From the NCBI GenBank assembly GCA_016208085.1, contig JACQYT010000015.1, positions 2,775 to 66,774 of the forward strand: 64,000 nt of DNA, written 5' to 3'. Made by a program: the position numbers and the translations under genes. Positions 36,694 through 46,084 of the stretch are shown here, piece by piece; position 1 is the first letter of the stretch; the number at the start of each line of letters is the position of its first letter. The notes beneath the pieces are model-generated. The model was not told where the DNA came from. It worked only from the letters and a program-made list of their open reading frames with translations, and made no database searches. This DNA comes from Elusimicrobiota bacterium (GTDB lineage: Bacteria; Elusimicrobiota; Elusimicrobia; Elusimicrobiales; UBA9959).

Positions 36694-37745
36694 CTCTTCT
36701 TGAACAATTGCGCAAATATTCCGCGCCGGCCCTGCTGGCTGAAAAATTGTCCGGGGGCGCGTGCCGGTGCCTTGCCTGCGCCCATAAATGCGTTATAGCC
36801 GATAAAAGCTCGGGCAGATGTAAAGCGCGCTTTAATGACGGGGGGGCCTTAAAGGCGCCCTGGGGCTATATCGCCGGCTCAGGGCTTGACCCGATAGAAA
36901 AAAAACCGTTCTTCCATGTCCTGCCCGGCGCCCTGACTTTTTCGTTCGGGATGCTCGGCTGCAATTTTAAGTGCGATTTCTGCCAGAATTATTTAACTTC
37001 CCAGGCCCTGCGGGACCCCGGCTGTCCGGCCGATATCCAGGAAATTTCCGCCGGGGAGCTTGTCGCGGCCGCCCGGTCCGCCGGCGTAAAGCTGCTGGTT
37101 TCCACGTACAATGAGCCGCTGATAACTTCCGAATGGGCCGCCGAGATATTCGCCGGGGCGAAAGCGGCGGGGATGCGCTGCGCCTATGTTTCCAACGGCT
37201 ATGCTTCGCAAGAAGCCCTGGAATACCTGCGGCCGCTGGTGGACTTCTACAAAGTGGACCTGAAAACCTTCAACCCGGAGAATTACCTGAAAACGGCGGG
37301 GGGAAAACTGGAGCATGTCCTTAACTCCATAAAGAAAATACATGAGCTGGGTTTCTGGCTTGAAATAGTGACCCTGCTGATCCCCGGGTTTAACGATTCG
37401 CCGGCGGAACTTGCCGCGCTGGCCTCTTTCCTCGCCGGAATCTCAAAGGATATTCCCTGGCACATAACGGCCTTCCACCCTGATTACCGCATGACGGACC
37501 GGGAGGCCACGCCTCCCGGAACGCTGGCGAAGGCCAGGGAGACGGGCCTGAGGAAAGGACTGAAATACGTCTATACCGGCAATATCCCCGGCCGCGGTTT
37601 CGAGGACACTTGCTGTCCGGCCTGCGGCAGGACGCTGGTGCGGCGGCGCGGCTTTACAGCGCTGGAAAACGCGATCAGGGTATCCGAGCGCGGCGCGGGG
37701 GACTGTCCCGGCTGCTGCGCGGAGATCGCCGGCGTCTGGTCTTAA
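36690..37745 (+). CDS. AmmeMemoRadiSam system radical SAM enzyme
   Basis: GCNFKCDFCQNY radical SAM box plus N-terminal CRCLACAHKC...GRC cluster; ATGA overlap with the kinase gene. Confidence 0.8.
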   Translation: MTLLEQLRKYSAPALLAEKLSGGACRCLACAHKCVIADKSSGRCKARFNDGGALKAPWGYIAGSGLDPIEKKPFFHVLPGALTFSFGMLGCNFKCDFCQNYLTSQALRDPGCPADIQEISAGELVAAARSAGVKLLVSTYNEPLITSEWAAEIFAGAKAAGMRCAYVSNGYASQEALEYLRPLVDFYKVDLKTFNPENYLKTAGGKLEHVLNSIKKIHELGFWLEIVTLLIPGFNDSPAELAALASFLAGISKDIPWHITAFHPDYRMTDREATPPGTLAKARETGLRKGLKYVYTGNIPGRGFEDTCCPACGRTLVRRRGFTALENAIRVSERGAGDCPGCCAEIAGVWS

Positions 37746-37788
37746 AAATGTATAATCTTTAAGTGAAAGTTCAGGGGCATGACAATAG

Positions 37789-38068
37789 AAATAAAATGTT
37801 GTCCGACAACATTTTATCCTACCCGGCACGGGGTTTTCTTCAACACCTTGCCGGGGTGGAGCGAAGCGACACAATTCAACTGTATCCAACAGGATGAGGG
37901 GAAAATTTCTTTCCCCCTCAAACTCCTCCTTGCCCCAAGGTTACCCCGCCCGAAGAAAGGCTAAAGGATAAAGGCTGAAGGATGAAGGAAAAACAAAGAG
38001 ATTATTCCGGCCTTTAGCCTTTATCCCTGATCCTTTATCCTTTCTTTAGGGCGGGGTATGGTAAAAAT
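37789..38068 (+). repeat. Composite modular element X, copy 1
   Basis: 280 bp shared with 57190-57531. Modules: aaaatgttgtc-cga-caacatttt hairpin; cccggcacggggttttcttca; gaggggaaa-atttc-tttccccctc; and a CCCCGCCC/GGGCGGGG stem enclosing a class B hairpin. Confidence 0.8.
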
Positions 38069-38127
38069 AATTTTCAAATTTATATGTCTTTCTAATCACC
38101 GCGGCGGCAGTTATAACCGCGGTTCTT

Positions 38128-39369
38128 TTGGGCGCGCGGGCCGTTATGGCCGGGATGGCGCGCCCCATGGCAAAAGTCTCAGCAAGCGTAAAGCGCTTTA
38201 TAACGTCCGACTACAAGCTTGAATCCGTTCTCCCCAAAGAAGGCTGGCGGGAGTCTGAAGACCTTATCTCCGCGTTTAACCGGCTGACGCTTGAGCTCAG
38301 CGCTTACCATGCTTTTCACCTGAGCCAGATAGTGGAAGAGCGGGCGAAGGCCGAGGCTCTTGTAGAGACGATCCCGGACGGAGTTTTGCTTGTTGACGAC
38401 CGCGGCCGGCTTATTTATTCCAACAAAGTGGCCCTTAAAATGCTGGGGATCCCTAAACCGGACACCTCTATCGCGCTGCCCGGTTCGGTATCACGGGAAG
38501 CGTTCCAGGTAGTCTTAAAAGATATTCTAACCTCGCAGGAGGACTTCCTTAAGGCGGAGGTGGCGGTTCCGCATCCGGACGAAACCTATGCAATTGTCAG
38601 GAATTTCAGGGTTATTTCACGGCGATTCCCGCTTGCCACGCTCAAAGCGCCGGGCCGCGTTCTGATAATCCGGGATGTCACCGTGGAAAAGGAAATCGAG
38701 AGCGCCAGGGAGACGTTTTTCCACATGATAACCCACGATATGAGGGTGCCCCTTACCAGCATACACGGCTACGCCAGTCTCCTTGCCAGGTTCGTGTCCG
38801 CTTCTCCGGAAGCCGACAAGTGTCTGCGGGCCATACTGCGCTCCTCCGTGCGGCTGAAAGGAATGATAGAGGACATCCTTAATACGATAAAACTCGAGCG
38901 CGGGGCGCTCAAACTGCGGCTGGACACTGTTGACGCCGGCGTCTTGTGCGCGCAGGTGTTTGAAATCCATGAGCCCCTGGCGGCGCTGAAAAGCATAAAA
39001 TTTTCCGCCGTCCCGCCGCCGTCAAAGATAGAGTTCCAGGGGGACAGTTTACTGCTTGAAAGGATAATTACGAATCTGGTGGGCAACGCGCTCAAGTTTA
39101 CCCCTCGCGGGGGCGTTGTTACGGTTCACTGCCGGCAGGAGCCCGGAGAAGTTGTTTTTTTTATAGAGGATACCGGCCCCGGCATTCCGGAAGATAAGCA
39201 GAAGGAAATTTTCGCGAAATATACCCAGCTGGAGGAACATAAGTACTTGGGCTTCGGCCTGGGCCTGGCTATGTGTAGAATGGCGGTTGAACTGCATAAG
39301 GGCCGCATCTGGGTGCAGTCAAGCGAGGGGAAAGGCAGCAAGTTTATCTTCAGCATTCCGACAAAATAG
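38128..39369 (+). CDS. Sensor histidine kinase (HAMP-PAS-HisKA-HATPase); 5' end unresolved
   Basis: H-box FFHMITHDMRVPLTSIHGY; N/G boxes LVGNALKFTP, DTGPGIP, GFGLGLAMC. An in-frame TM helix without a start codon lies at 38083-38127. Confidence 0.8.
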   Translation: MGARAVMAGMARPMAKVSASVKRFITSDYKLESVLPKEGWRESEDLISAFNRLTLELSAYHAFHLSQIVEERAKAEALVETIPDGVLLVDDRGRLIYSNKVALKMLGIPKPDTSIALPGSVSREAFQVVLKDILTSQEDFLKAEVAVPHPDETYAIVRNFRVISRRFPLATLKAPGRVLIIRDVTVEKEIESARETFFHMITHDMRVPLTSIHGYASLLARFVSASPEADKCLRAILRSSVRLKGMIEDILNTIKLERGALKLRLDTVDAGVLCAQVFEIHEPLAALKSIKFSAVPPPSKIEFQGDSLLLERIITNLVGNALKFTPRGGVVTVHCRQEPGEVVFFIEDTGPGIPEDKQKEIFAKYTQLEEHKYLGFGLGLAMCRMAVELHKGRIWVQSSEGKGSKFIFSIPTK

Positions 39370-39454
39370 CCAGTGTAGCGTCCCATAAACAGCTTTACAA
39401 TAGCTTATGGCAAAAAAACTATTTTATAGCCGCAAAGCGAAGCTTTGCCCGGAA

Positions 39455-40363
39455 CTACACTCCTGTTTTCCTGAGGAAGGCGACGCTGTTCTGCCAATCT
39501 TCGGTCACTTTGACCGTCAATTGGAGCTTGACCGGCCGGCCCAGGAATTTACCTATCGCAGCCTGGGCGTTCCCGCGCAAGATCCTTATCTGCCGGCCGC
39601 CTTTGCCGATAATTATCGGCTTCTGACTTTTTTTCGCCACATGCACGACGGCCATAACATAATCCGGCAGGCCGGGCGTTTCCCGGAAAACCTCTATCTC
39701 CACGGCTGAAGCGTAGGGCAGCTCTTCCGCGTAAAGGTTGAAGAGCTGCTCGCGTATGATCTCGGCGGCGTAGAAACGTTCCCAGCGGTCGGTAAGCTGG
39801 TCCTGGGGGTAATAAGGCGGGTGGAGGGGCAAAGCCGCGAGCAGCTCTTTTTTCAGCTCTCCGACGCCGGTCCCCGCCAGAGCTGAAATGAAGAAAGTTT
39901 TTTTAACAGTCAGCAGCGAGCTGAAAACCCCGGCCGTCTTCCCGGGACCGGGCGAATCTTTCGCGGCCAGGTCTATCTTGTTTATTACAAGGTAGAGCGG
40001 AACCTGGAGATTTCTGAAGCGCTCAAAAAAAAACATTTTTTCCGGCGGGGGAAACCCCGGTTCCGCCAGCAGCAGCACCAGGTCGCTTTCTTCCGTGGCG
40101 GCTCTTTTTATGGCGTTGGACATGCTTTTTTCAAAAAGCGTGCGCGGCTCCAGTAGCCCCGGCGTGTCCACGAACACCGCCTGGCGTCCGGGAGCGTTCA
40201 AGATGCCCAGGATATTGTTCCGCGTGGTCTGTGGTTTGGGGGAGATGATGGAGAGCCGTGTTCCGCAAAGCGCGTTTAACAGAGTGGATTTGCCGGTGTT
40301 GGGCAGGCCCGTGATAGCCGCAAAGCCCGCCCGGAAAAGATCGTAGCCGGTTACCTGCGTCAT
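39455..40363 (-). CDS. era: GTPase Era
   Basis: GLPNTGKSTLLNAL, DTPG, NKID, C-terminal KH domain. Confidence 0.9.
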   Translation of the reverse strand: MTQVTGYDLFRAGFAAITGLPNTGKSTLLNALCGTRLSIISPKPQTTRNNILGILNAPGRQAVFVDTPGLLEPRTLFEKSMSNAIKRAATEESDLVLLLAEPGFPPPEKMFFFERFRNLQVPLYLVINKIDLAAKDSPGPGKTAGVFSSLLTVKKTFFISALAGTGVGELKKELLAALPLHPPYYPQDQLTDRWERFYAAEIIREQLFNLYAEELPYASAVEIEVFRETPGLPDYVMAVVHVAKKSQKPIIIGKGGRQIRILRGNAQAAIGKFLGRPVKLQLTVKVTEDWQNSVAFLRKTGV

Positions 40364-40809
40364 CTGGAGCCGAGCGGGTTGGCCCAGAGCGGGAGCTGCG
40401 TGGCCTTCTCAATTTTGCGGACCTTCAGGTCGCCGGTAAGCTCCTGGATGAACACCTCCAGGCTGAAAACCCTGGTGCCGGCCATCAGGTGGCCCCCGTA
40501 GGCTTTCCCTTCCAGATCGCCGAGCATGAGATGGGCGTGGACCATGGGTTTGTCGTCGAACAGGCTGACGTTGCCGGAAAGCGATAATACCTCAAGTTCC
40601 TTTTCTAGATTTATCTTCATATATTTTTTCGCCTTCTGGTCATAGACGCCGAAGGTGGCCCGTTCAACCGACCCTATGGCGGTTATCAGGCCGCAGCGGA
40701 CCTGGTGATGATGACAGAAATACTGCACGGCCTGCAGCAGGTCTTCGCCTTTTTGAATGCTGAACATGAAAGTCCGGCCGGTTAGATAGGGTTTTTCCTG
40801 GATCTGCAT
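40360..40809 (-). CDS. PPC/DUF296 domain DNA-binding protein
   Basis: ITAIGSVERATFGVYD...HAHLMLGDLEGKAYGGHL pattern. Confidence 0.7.
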   Translation of the reverse strand: MQIQEKPYLTGRTFMFSIQKGEDLLQAVQYFCHHHQVRCGLITAIGSVERATFGVYDQKAKKYMKINLEKELEVLSLSGNVSLFDDKPMVHAHLMLGDLEGKAYGGHLMAGTRVFSLEVFIQELTGDLKVRKIEKATQLPLWANPLGSR

Positions 40810-40829
40810 TATAGGGTGACCTCCATATT

Positions 40830-40925
40830 AAGGATATAAGGATTAGGGATAAAGGCTAAAGGACGGAACAATCTCTTTGTTTTCCTGTGTTTTTTCCTTC
40901 ATCCTTCAGCCTTTATCCTTTAGCC
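40830..40925 (-). repeat. Class B word hairpin encoding the C-terminus of 40906..41229 and a 19-codon mini-ORF
   Basis: On the gene strand: gaaaaggctaaaggataaaggcTGAaggATGaaggaaaaaacacag...ccctaa. Confidence 0.7.
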
Positions 40926-41229
40926 TTTTCTCCATATATTGCGCATAATCTTTTACGGCGTCAAACTGGGCGCGCTCGTCAAGGCCGGCTTCTTTAAGCG
41001 CCTCCGCAGCCTTGCCGCTGCCCGGGTAGCGGCCGTTTTTAAACGGGTGAAGCGTCCGGGCGATGCCCTCCGCGGACCTGACCCAGTAATACATGGTGGG
41101 CAGGGTAAAATCGGGTACCCTGTACTGGCTGCTCATTATGACGTCCGAGACATCGTAATAACCGGCCCGGCGCTGGTTCAAAGCGAATCTGGCGGGCTTT
41201 ACGCCGTTAAAAAGGGTCTGGTTTCCCAT
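40906..41229 (-). CDS. Hypothetical protein
   Basis: 107-aa ORF; the last seven codons KRLKDKG lie in the class B element. Confidence 0.5.
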   Translation of the reverse strand: MGNQTLFNGVKPARFALNQRRAGYYDVSDVIMSSQYRVPDFTLPTMYYWVRSAEGIARTLHPFKNGRYPGSGKAAEALKEAGLDERAQFDAVKDYAQYMEKRLKDKG

Positions 41230-41337
41230 AAGCGGTTATATAATTTTATCAAATTATGAGGGGATATCGGCCCGCTCGGTTTTTTTAATAACGGCAAAAG
41301 TATTATAATGATTTTAATCTGTCTGAACGGAGGCAAT

Positions 41338-42330
41338 ATGGCTCAAACGTTTGCGACTGTGTCTTATAAGGAACTGGGCTTCGTGAACACTAAAGAAATG
41401 TTCGCCAGGGCCAACAAGGGAGGCTACGCGGTGCCGGCCTACAATTTCAACAACATGGAACAACTGCAGGCCATTTTGACCGCCTGCGTCAAGAGCCGCT
41501 CGCCGGTGATCCTCCAGATCTCCAAAGGCGCCAGGGAATATGCCAACCCCACCCTGCTGAGGTGGCTGGGCCGCGGCGGCATTGAAATGATGAAAGAGAT
41601 GACGGATAAACCCATCCCGGTCGCCCTGCACCTGGACCACGGCGATTCTTTTGAATTGTGCAAATCCTGCATAGAAAACGGTTTTTCCTCCGTCATGTAT
41701 GACGGTTCCAGCCTCCCCTACGAAGAAAATCTCCGGATCACAAAACAGGTCGTGGAATACGCCCATCAGTTTGAGGTGACGGTGGAGGGCGAACTGGGAC
41801 GGCTGGCCGGAATAGAGGATGAGGTCTCTTCCGAAAAATCCCACTACACCGACCCGAACGTCGTCGAGGATTTTGTGAAACGCACCCAGGTGGACTCCCT
41901 GGCCATCTCTATCGGCACCAGCCACGGCGCCTTCAAGTTTAAGGTTAAACCCGGCGAGGCCGTGCCCGGCTTGAGGTTTGACATTCTTGAAGAAGTGGAA
42001 AAGCGCATACCAGGCTTCCCGATAGTCCTGCATGGGGCCTCCTCGGTGCTTGACGGCTATCTCGCCATGATCAATAAGTACGGCGGGAAGATGGAAGGCG
42101 CGGTGGGCGTTCCGGCCGAGCAACTGCGCCGCGCCGCCAAGTCCGCCGTCTGCAAGATAAACATAGACTCCGACGGCAGGCTGGTCATGACCGCCGTTAT
42201 CCGGAAAGTGTTCGGCGAAAAACCGGGCGAGTTCGACCCGCGCAAATACCTGGGCCCCGCCCGCGACGAACTGGTAAAGATGTACATGGACAAGAACCAG
42301 ACCGTGCTCGGCAGCGCGAACAGGGTGTAA
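41338..42330 (+). CDS. fba: Class II fructose-1,6-bisphosphate aldolase
   Basis: GGAGG RBS before ATG 41338; GGYAVPAYNFNNMEQLQAIL, PVALHLDHG, IGTSHGAFKF. Confidence 0.9.
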   Translation: MAQTFATVSYKELGFVNTKEMFARANKGGYAVPAYNFNNMEQLQAILTACVKSRSPVILQISKGAREYANPTLLRWLGRGGIEMMKEMTDKPIPVALHLDHGDSFELCKSCIENGFSSVMYDGSSLPYEENLRITKQVVEYAHQFEVTVEGELGRLAGIEDEVSSEKSHYTDPNVVEDFVKRTQVDSLAISIGTSHGAFKFKVKPGEAVPGLRFDILEEVEKRIPGFPIVLHGASSVLDGYLAMINKYGGKMEGAVGVPAEQLRRAAKSAVCKINIDSDGRLVMTAVIRKVFGEKPGEFDPRKYLGPARDELVKMYMDKNQTVLGSANRV

Positions 42331-42333
42331 AAA

Positions 42334-42407
42334 CAGGGTATAGGGGTTAGGGTAGAGGGTAGAGTTATAAGGAACTCCTTACCCTAAACCCTCTACCCTA
42401 TACCCTT
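42334..42407 (+). repeat. Class A word hairpin after fba
   Basis: G-arm cagggtataggggttagggtagagggtagag; loop ttataaggaactcc; C-arm ttaccctaaaccctctaccctataccctt. Confidence 0.7.
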
Positions 42408-42521
42408 AACGTTGAGGTTATCAATTTTATCAACGTTAAAAACATAACAATCATCGGCGCCGGGGCATCGGGTCTGGCGGCCGCGTGCGCCGCGGCCGGA
42501 GCGGGCGAGCGCGTCACGCTG

Positions 42522-43730
42522 GTGGAAAAAAACCAGGCGCCGGGCAGGAAAATACTTTCCACCGGCGCTGGCAAATGCAATCTTTCCAACGCAAAAATAA
42601 ACGCCGGGCATTATCACGGAGGGGCGCCGGGCTTCGCGGCCCGGACTTTAAAGGCCCTGCCGCCGGCGCATGTCCTTGATTTTTTCGGGGAACTGGGACT
42701 TCTTTTGAGCGCTGAAGCGGACGGCAGGATCTTCCCGCGCTCCAGGAAAGCGGCCGACGTGGTGAACGTGCTGGGCAACCGGCTGAAGGAAAAAGGCGCG
42801 GAGCTGCTGCTGCTCACTTGCGCGCAGAGCGTTAAAAAAAATCTTTCCGGCTTTGAGATAACCGTCCGCCGGGTTCCGCCCAAATGGGATAAAAAAGCCG
42901 CGCCGGGGCCTCTCAGAACCATTACAGCGGACGCGGTCATACTGGCGGCCGGCGGCCCGGCTCATCCGCAGATAGGCGGCTCGGCTCTCGGCTTGGACCT
43001 GGCCCGCTCCCTGGGGCATACCGTAAAAAACCCGAAGCCCGTGATAACGCCGCTTAAAATAAAGGAAAAAACTGTCCGGGAACTTGACGGAATAAGACTG
43101 GAAGCCGGGCTGTCCGTTTATTCCGGCGGCAGGCTGATAGGCAGCAAGCGGGGGGAACTGCTCTTTACCGATTACGGCGTTTCCGGCCCGCCGGTCCTTT
43201 CCTTAAGCAGGGCGGCCTTAACCGGGGTTGAAACCTCCGCTGTGACCTGCCATATAGATCTGTTCCCCGATTATTCCCGGGAAGCGATTTTTTCCCTGCT
43301 GGCGAAAAGGCGGGACGCCGGCCCGGAGCGTCCCTGGAAGGATTTTCTCTGCGGCCTGGCCGAGGAACGAACGATCAATTTATTGTCGTCCTCGCTTAAA
43401 ATAGAGCCTGCCGCCCCGGCGGGTTCGGTCAAAGACCCGCTTCTGGCCGAGTTTGGGGGGCTTTTAAAGGACTGGAGCCTGGAAGTCTCCGGCTCATTGG
43501 GTTTTGAGGACGCCATGGCCGCCGCCGGGGGAATTGATACGGCCGAGATCCGCCCCGAGACTTTTGAGTCGCGGATTGTTAAAAAGCTTTTCATCACAGG
43601 CGAACTTCTTGATATCAACGGCGACTGCGGCGGCTACAACCTGCATTTCGCCTGGACATCCGGCCTCCTTGCCGGCGCCGCCGCGGCAAAAACAATGTCT
43701 TTCCCTTCTTCCTTCAGCCCTCAGCCTTAA
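42522..43730 (+). CDS. HI0933/BaiN-like FAD-dependent oxidoreductase; true start upstream of the ORF-track GTG
   Basis: The Rossmann motif ITIIGAGASGLAAACAAAG lies in frame at 42444-42500, upstream of GTG 42522. The frame is open from 42363, but has no ATG/GTG/TTG before 42522. Confidence 0.7.
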   Translation: MEKNQAPGRKILSTGAGKCNLSNAKINAGHYHGGAPGFAARTLKALPPAHVLDFFGELGLLLSAEADGRIFPRSRKAADVVNVLGNRLKEKGAELLLLTCAQSVKKNLSGFEITVRRVPPKWDKKAAPGPLRTITADAVILAAGGPAHPQIGGSALGLDLARSLGHTVKNPKPVITPLKIKEKTVRELDGIRLEAGLSVYSGGRLIGSKRGELLFTDYGVSGPPVLSLSRAALTGVETSAVTCHIDLFPDYSREAIFSLLAKRRDAGPERPWKDFLCGLAEERTINLLSSSLKIEPAAPAGSVKDPLLAEFGGLLKDWSLEVSGSLGFEDAMAAAGGIDTAEIRPETFESRIVKKLFITGELLDINGDCGGYNLHFAWTSGLLAGAAAAKTMSFPSSFSPQP

Positions 43731-43817
43731 GTCTTCAGCCTTGACCAGCGTCAAAGCGGAAAATCAAGGCATATGTTATAGTATAGCTGTCTGGAAGCGC
43801 TAACCGGAGGGGAACAG

Positions 43818-44399
43818 ATGAAAACGGTAAGTATATTATTATTGTTAGTATGCGCCCAATCCATATGGGCTTTCGATTTTGAACAGCTGAGGCGGACCGC
43901 CTCTTTTGATAATTCCGCCCTCGGCCTTAACGCCTCCTCGGGAGAGCTGAACCTGGCGGCCCCGGAACCCGCCGCCCGGCAAGACGACGGTTTTATCTGG
44001 AGACGCGACTTCTGCTGGACCCGGGGAAAAGAGCTGAACGCCGACCGCATGGGCATGCCCGTCACGTTCTGCATAACTTCAATGGAGCTCACCGGCGGCA
44101 TTAACGAAAACCCGAAGCTTAAACTGCAGGGCTCCGCGCTGAGCGGCACTTTCAACCTCAAAATCGGCCCGCCGGGCGACGGGCTCTTCAAGGCCACGGC
44201 GGTTATTTTTGAGCGTATGCCCATGATCCAAGTCTGCGCCCCCGCGGAAGGCGCATACATAGAGTTTATCATCCTCATAGATGAGCGCGGCAAGATCGTT
44301 TCCGATCCCCAGACAAAATCCTTTTACGGCACGACGCCCGACACCTGCTCTTCCGCGTGGAACTACCGCGAGATAAAATATGAGATGAAAAGCGAATAA
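43818..44399 (+). CDS. Secreted hypothetical protein
   Basis: GGAGGGG RBS; signal peptide MKTVSILLLLVCAQSIWA. Confidence 0.6.
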   Translation: MKTVSILLLLVCAQSIWAFDFEQLRRTASFDNSALGLNASSGELNLAAPEPAARQDDGFIWRRDFCWTRGKELNADRMGMPVTFCITSMELTGGINENPKLKLQGSALSGTFNLKIGPPGDGLFKATAVIFERMPMIQVCAPAEGAYIEFIILIDERGKIVSDPQTKSFYGTTPDTCSSAWNYREIKYEMKSE

Positions 44400-44405
44400 T
44401 CCCGC

Positions 44406-44756
44406 ATGGTTACCAAGAGGAAACTGGGCGGCCAGAAACGAAAAACGCTGCTGAATATGGCGGCCTACTGCTATCGCAACCGATCACGGATGCGCTATCA
44501 TGAATATCTCGCCCAAGGCTTGCCGATTGCCGGCGGTTCCGTGGAGGGTGCCTGCAAGAACCTGATCAATGACCGGATGGAACGCTCCGGGATGAGGTGG
44601 ACTCCGCCCATGGCGGAGGCGATGGTCAAAATGAGGGCCGTCTACCTGTCGGGGGACTTCGACAAATACTGGGACTACCATGTCGAGCGATATCTTCGGA
44701 CGACCGCTAATATTGGGCGTATCGAGCGCTATTGCGAAATATTTACCGCACGATGA
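44406..44756 (+). pseudogene. C-terminal fragment of a DDE transposase
   Basis: GLPIAGGSVEGACKNLINDRMERSGMRWTPPMAEAMVKMRAVYLSGDFDKYWDYH resembles the C-terminal box of ISKra4-type transposases from memory. No catalytic region is present. Confidence 0.5.
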
Positions 44757-45655
44757 CCATGCCGGCGGCTGTAACCCAGTCCATGAATCTTTTCCAAAGT
44801 TATCCATTGTCAAAAGACACTTGGGCTTTTCCGTAACATCGGCTAGAAACAATCTGCCGTCTCTTTTCCAGAAACTGTAGTGATTCCCGTCCGGGGAATA
44901 AGCCGGGAACATACCCTTAAAAGTGGAAGCTTCACGCCGGCCGGCTGAGTCAATTTGATAAGCGATGTCGGTGTGAAAACCCCAGACCAAAATATTTCCG
45001 CTGGGCAGGAGTGCAAGTTTTACGATGTCCGGTTCCGGAAGCATCTTTTTGATTCTACCGGTATGTAAATCTGCTATCATGATATTCCGTTTCCGCCAGC
45101 AATAAAATAAACCAGCCCGCGTGTCGGCTAGGTCGGATGAGCCTGACTCGTGGAAATTAATAATTATCCGGCACGCATTATCGTTGAATGAATAAGCCAG
45201 CAGTGAATATTTGACCTTAAAATTGGGGCTTTTTCCTGTTTTTTTAGCACATTCAGAATGGTGTCCCATGGAGGGGAATATTTTTCGCGGATAAAATATA
45301 AGATATCTTCATTTTCGTTCAGCCAGAATTGCCCCGCTCTGAATAAATCACTGTCCAAAGCAACCAGCACCTTCTCCTTTTTTGCCGTCAGATTATACCC
45401 AACAATTCCCTGCTCTCGCCAGTATATCAATTTCCGTTTTCTGTGGGCCACAATGGCGGCGCCCCTCCGCTGGTGCATAATCGGAGTGGAAGGAAGAAGA
45501 ATTAGTTTCCGGCTTTTTGAGAGATACCACCGGATAAAGATGGGGCCTGGCCCGGATTTTTGGACCAGCAGTTCTCCGCCATTGCCAGCTTTGTGGCGCG
45601 TCTCCCAGCCGCGTTCCAGTTTAAAACCCAACGCCCCGGGATTAGTTCTTGTCAT
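44700..45655 (-). pseudogene. TolB-like beta-propeller gene, frameshifted and 3'-truncated
   Basis: ORFs 45164..45655 and 44484..45269 overlap in different frames. PAYSPDGNHYSFW and PPAWSSCGKYFAIAL blades. The reading frame runs into the transposase fragment. Confidence 0.5.
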
Positions 45656-46077
45656 AGGTCATATTTACAAAACGGGACATGGTAACCATCGTAATAAGAA
45701 CAGGGAGCTATTTCAAGATAAGCTTTTACGGACGTTATAAAATATCCAATAACGGTTTCCCAATCCCGGACTGCTTTATCAAAAATATTGACATCATTCT
45801 TTAGGGCTGCATAACGCTGCTTTAGCTTAGCGACATTGGCGTTATGCTGATCTATCGCCACGAGCAATGCGTCATGCTCTTTAATAAGGCGGTCATACTC
45901 TTTAGCGCAATCTGGATTGGTCTGCGGCCCGTTTTTGCAATTTTGTTTGTATGCAGCTAAATCTTTATTATATTTATCAGTTCGAACTATCAGTTTCTTA
46001 TAGTTTTCATCAGATGCCGTCCCATCAAGATATAACTGGTGGTCTTTGGGGTCAATTATATCTGCTGTAGCAAGCAA
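45652..46077 (-). CDS. Hypothetical coiled-coil protein (low-GC island)
   Basis: 141-aa ORF with a TTG start; Lys/Asn/Asp-rich and AT-rich codons, unlike the backbone. Confidence 0.45.
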   Translation of the reverse strand: MLATADIIDPKDHQLYLDGTASDENYKKLIVRTDKYNKDLAAYKQNCKNGPQTNPDCAKEYDRLIKEHDALLVAIDQHNANVAKLKQRYAALKNDVNIFDKAVRDWETVIGYFITSVKAYLEIAPCSYYDGYHVPFCKYDL

Positions 46078-46084
46078 TTGTACC

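Noticed and set aside
37789-38068. CRISPR array or CRISPR-like repeats among the many palindromes
   Set aside because: The repeats are not regularly spaced direct repeats separated by unique spacers. They are inverted-arm hairpins scattered at gene boundaries, and no cas genes are present.
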